Part shown: one piece after another, positions 60,941-64,000 of the stretch | Layout of the letters: each line of letters begins with the position of its first letter | Numbering within the stretch: the stretch's first letter is position 1 | Assembly: GCF_964194155.1 (NCBI RefSeq) | Contig: NC_135902.1 | Location: forward strand, 30,442,001-30,506,000 | Origin: Cetorhinus maximus | Lineage: Eukaryota | Reading direction: 5' to 3' | DNA length: 64,000 nt | The notes under the pieces: generated by a model | The model's database searches: none | What the model was told of the DNA's origin: nothing | The model's input: the letters and a program-made list of their open reading frames with translations, nothing else | Made by a program: the position numbers and the translations under genes

Positions 60941-61293
60941 ATACGAATTAGGAGCAGGAGTAGCCCCCTGGAGCCTGCTCCGCCATTCAATAAGATCATG
61001 GCTGATCCGAATGTAACCTCAACCCCACATTCCTGCCTACCCCAATAACCTTTCACCCCCTTGTTAATCAAGAATCTATCTAGCTCTGCCTCAAAACTAT
61101 TCAAAGACTCTGCTTCCACCGCCTTTTGATGGAGAGTGTTCCAAAGACTCTCAGCCCTCTGAGAGAAAAGATTTCTCCTCATCTCTGTCTTAAATGAGCG
61201 ACCCCTTATTTTTAAACAGTGGCCCCTAGTTCTAGATTCTCCCACAGGAGAAAACATCCTCTCCACATCCACTCTGTCAAGACCCCTCAGGAT
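60941..61293 (-). mobile_element. CR1 B, 3' end
   Basis: [25 protein letters not shown]...; tail at 60941. Confidence 0.9.
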
Positions 61294-63008
61294 GGCAGAT
61301 AATTTAAACCAATATTTTGCATCGGTCTTCATGGTGGAGGACACTATAAACATCCCAAAGATATCAGATAAGCAAGGAGCTAATGGGAGGAAAGATCTTG
61401 TAACAGTCTGTATCACGAGGGACAAAGTAATTGACAAACTAATGAGACTAAAGGCAAACAAGTCGCCAGGACCTGATGGCCTGCATCCAAGGGTTTTAAA
61501 GGAAGTGGCTGCAGAGATAGTAGAGGCCATGGTCGAAATATTTCAGAACTCATTGGATTCTGGGAGAGTCCAGGCGGATTGGAAAAACGCTAATGTGATG
61601 CCCCTGTTCAAGAAGGGAGGGAGACAAAAAGCAGGAAACTATAGGCCAGTCAGCCTAACATCTGTCATTGGGAAAATGCTAGAGTCCATTATTAAGGAAG
61701 AAATAGGACATTTAGAAAAGCTTGACGCAATCAAACAGAGTCAGCATGGTTTTGTGAAAGGGAAATCATGTTTGACAAATTTGCAAGAGTTCTTTGAGGA
61801 TATAACAAGCAGAGTTGATAAAGGGGAACTGGTAGATGTAGTGTATTTGGATTTCTAGAAGGGATTCAATAAGGTGCCACATAAAAGGTTATTGCACAAA
61901 ATAGGAGCTCACGGTATGGGGGTAATGTATCAGCATGGATTGAGGATTGGTTAACACAGAAGACAGAGTGTCGAGATTAATGGGTCTTTTTCAGGTTGGA
62001 AAAACGTAACTAATGAAATGCCACAAGGATCAGTCCTAGGGCCTCAATTATTTACTATCTATATTAATGACTTGGATGAGGGGGCAGAGTGTAATGTATC
62101 CAAATTTGCTGACGATATAAAAATGGGTGGGTGGGCATGTTATGATGAGGACATAAGGAATCTGCAAGGGGATATAGATAGGTTGAGTGAGTGGGCAAAA
62201 ACTTGGCAGATGCAGTTTAATGTGAGGTCATGCACTTTGGTAGGAAGTATCAAAAGGCAGACTATTATTTAAATGGAGAGAGACTCCAAAAAAGTGCAGC
62301 ACAGAGGGATCTGAGTGTTCTTGTGCATGAAACACAAAAAGTTAGTATGCAGGTGCAGCAAGTAATTAAGAAGGCAAATGGAATTTTGGCCTGTATTGCT
62401 AGGAGGTTGGAGTTTAAAAATAGGGAAGTCTTGTTACAACTGTGTTGGTGAGGCCACACCTGGAGTACTGTTAACAGTTTTGGTCCCCTTATTTAATAAA
62501 GGACATGCTGGCATTGGAGGCAGTTCAAAAGAGATTCACTAGGCTGATTCCTGGGATGAAGGGATTGACTTATCAAGAGCAGCTGAACAGGTTAGGTCTT
62601 TATTCATTAGAGTTTAGAAGAATGAGGGGTGATCTTATTGAAACGTATAAGGCTCTGAGGAGGCTTAACAAGGTTCCCTCCACTAGGAGGGAAATTTTGA
62701 ACTAGGGGACATAGTTACAGAATAAGGCGACACTCATTTAAAACTGAGATGCGAAGGAATTTCCTCTCTGAAGGTAGTGAATGTCTGGAATTCTCTACCC
62801 CAGAGAGTTGTGGAGGTTAGATCACTGAAAGTATTTAAAGAGGAGGTAGATAGATCTTTGAAATATTGGGGAGTTGAGGGCTATGAGGAGCTGACACGAA
62901 AGAGGAGTTGAGGCCTGGGGTAGATCAGCCACGATCTTATTGAATGGTGGGGCAGGCTTGAGGGGCCGAATGGTCTACTCCTCCTATTTCTTCTGTTCTT
63001 ATATTCTA
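61291..63008 (+). mobile_element. CR1 C, RT through 3' tail, inserted into B
   Basis: KSPGPDGLHPRVLKE...GNYRPVSLTS...[16 protein letters not shown]. Confidence 0.93.
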
Positions 63009-64000
63009 AGGTTTCAATTAAGTCACCTCTTAATCTTCTAAATTCCAGTGGATACAAGCCTAACCTGTCCAGCCTTTCCTCATAAGACAAAGTGCCCATT
63101 CCTGGTATTAGACTAGTAAACCCTCTCTGAAGTGCCTCTAATGCATTTACATTTTTTCTTTAATAAGGAGACTGTACACAATACTCCAAATGTGGTCTCA
63201 CCAATGCCCTGTACAACTGAAGCATAACCTCCCTACGTTTGTAATCAATTCCCCTGTCAATAAATGATAACATTCTGTTAGCTTTCCTAATTACCTGCTG
63301 TAACTACATACTAACCTTTTGTGATTCATGTACCGGGGCACCCAGACCCACAGAGCACTGCAATCTCTCACCATTTAGATAATAAGCTTCCTTTTTATTC
63401 TTCTTGCCAAAACGAACAATTTCACATTTGCCCACCTTATACTCCATTTGCCAGATCTTGGCAATTTACTTAACCTATTGATGACACTTTGTAGCCTCCA
63501 TATGTTTTCTTCTCAGTTTACTTTCCTACCTATCTTTGTGTCATCAGCAAGTTTAGCAACCATTCCTTCTGTCCCTTCAGCCAAGTCATTTATATAAATT
63601 GTAAAAAGTTGAGGCCTCAGCACTGATCCCTGTGGCACACCACTCGTCACATCCTGCCAACCAGAAAAAGATCCATTTATGCCAACTCTTTGCTTCCTGT
63701 GATCTAGCCAATCTTTTAGCCATGCCAATATGTTACCCCTACACCATGATGAGCTTTTATTTTCTGCGATAACCTTTGATGTGGCACTTTATCAAATGCC
63801 TTCTGGAAATCTAAGTACAGTACATCCACTGGTTCCCCTTTTATCCACAGCAGATGTGATTCCTTCAAAGAACTCCAATAAATTGCTTAAACATGATTTC
63901 CCTTTTACAAAACCATGTTGACTCTGCCTGATTGCCTTGAATTTTTCTAGGTGCCCTGCTATAACATCTTTAACAAAAGCTTCTAACATTCTTCCCTATG
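63009..64000 (-). mobile_element. CR1 B, upstream (RT) part
   Basis: [48 protein letters not shown]. Confidence 0.92.

Noticed and set aside
60874-61530. 218-aa minus-strand ORF
   Set aside because: Chimera across three nested CR1 pieces in mixed orientation, not a gene.
1-64000. CRISPR arrays, operons or other prokaryotic systems
   Set aside because: The sequence is intron-containing vertebrate DNA; no repeat-spacer arrays were seen.

Overview
Eukaryotic genomic DNA, almost certainly from a cartilaginous fish (shark-type CR1, L2 and RTE LINEs, Deu-domain SINEs and Penelope-like elements; the organism is inferred). The window holds the conserved vertebrate four-gene block MFSD11(-) / SRSF2(+) / METTL23(-) / JMJD6(+), arranged as two head-to-head pairs on CpG-rich bidirectional promoters. 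I assembled complete spliced CDSs by hand for MFSD11 (13 coding exons, 451 aa), SRSF2 (2 coding exons, 215 aa) and METTL23 (5 exons, 232 aa), plus JMJD6 coding exon 1. All junctions used are GT-AG and in phase. Most other ORF-track entries are retroelement debris or spurious. The most notable non-genic signals are: (1) a dispersed family of Penelope-derived elements carrying minimal hammerhead-ribozyme motifs, with stem-II covariation and a CUGCCGA core variant; (2) a ~320-bp near-perfect inverted repeat with a 13-bp target-site duplication in METTL23 intron 1; (3) a near-perfect hairpin with 98-bp arms in MFSD11 intron 3; (4) the SRSF2 3'UTR alternative-splicing/NMD autoregulatory architecture; (5) CR1 copies nested antisense at the same internal site; (6) a pyrimidine-rich minisatellite next to the MFSD11/SRSF2 promoter. 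Repeat boundaries are approximate. Comparisons to human are from memory and need alignment.
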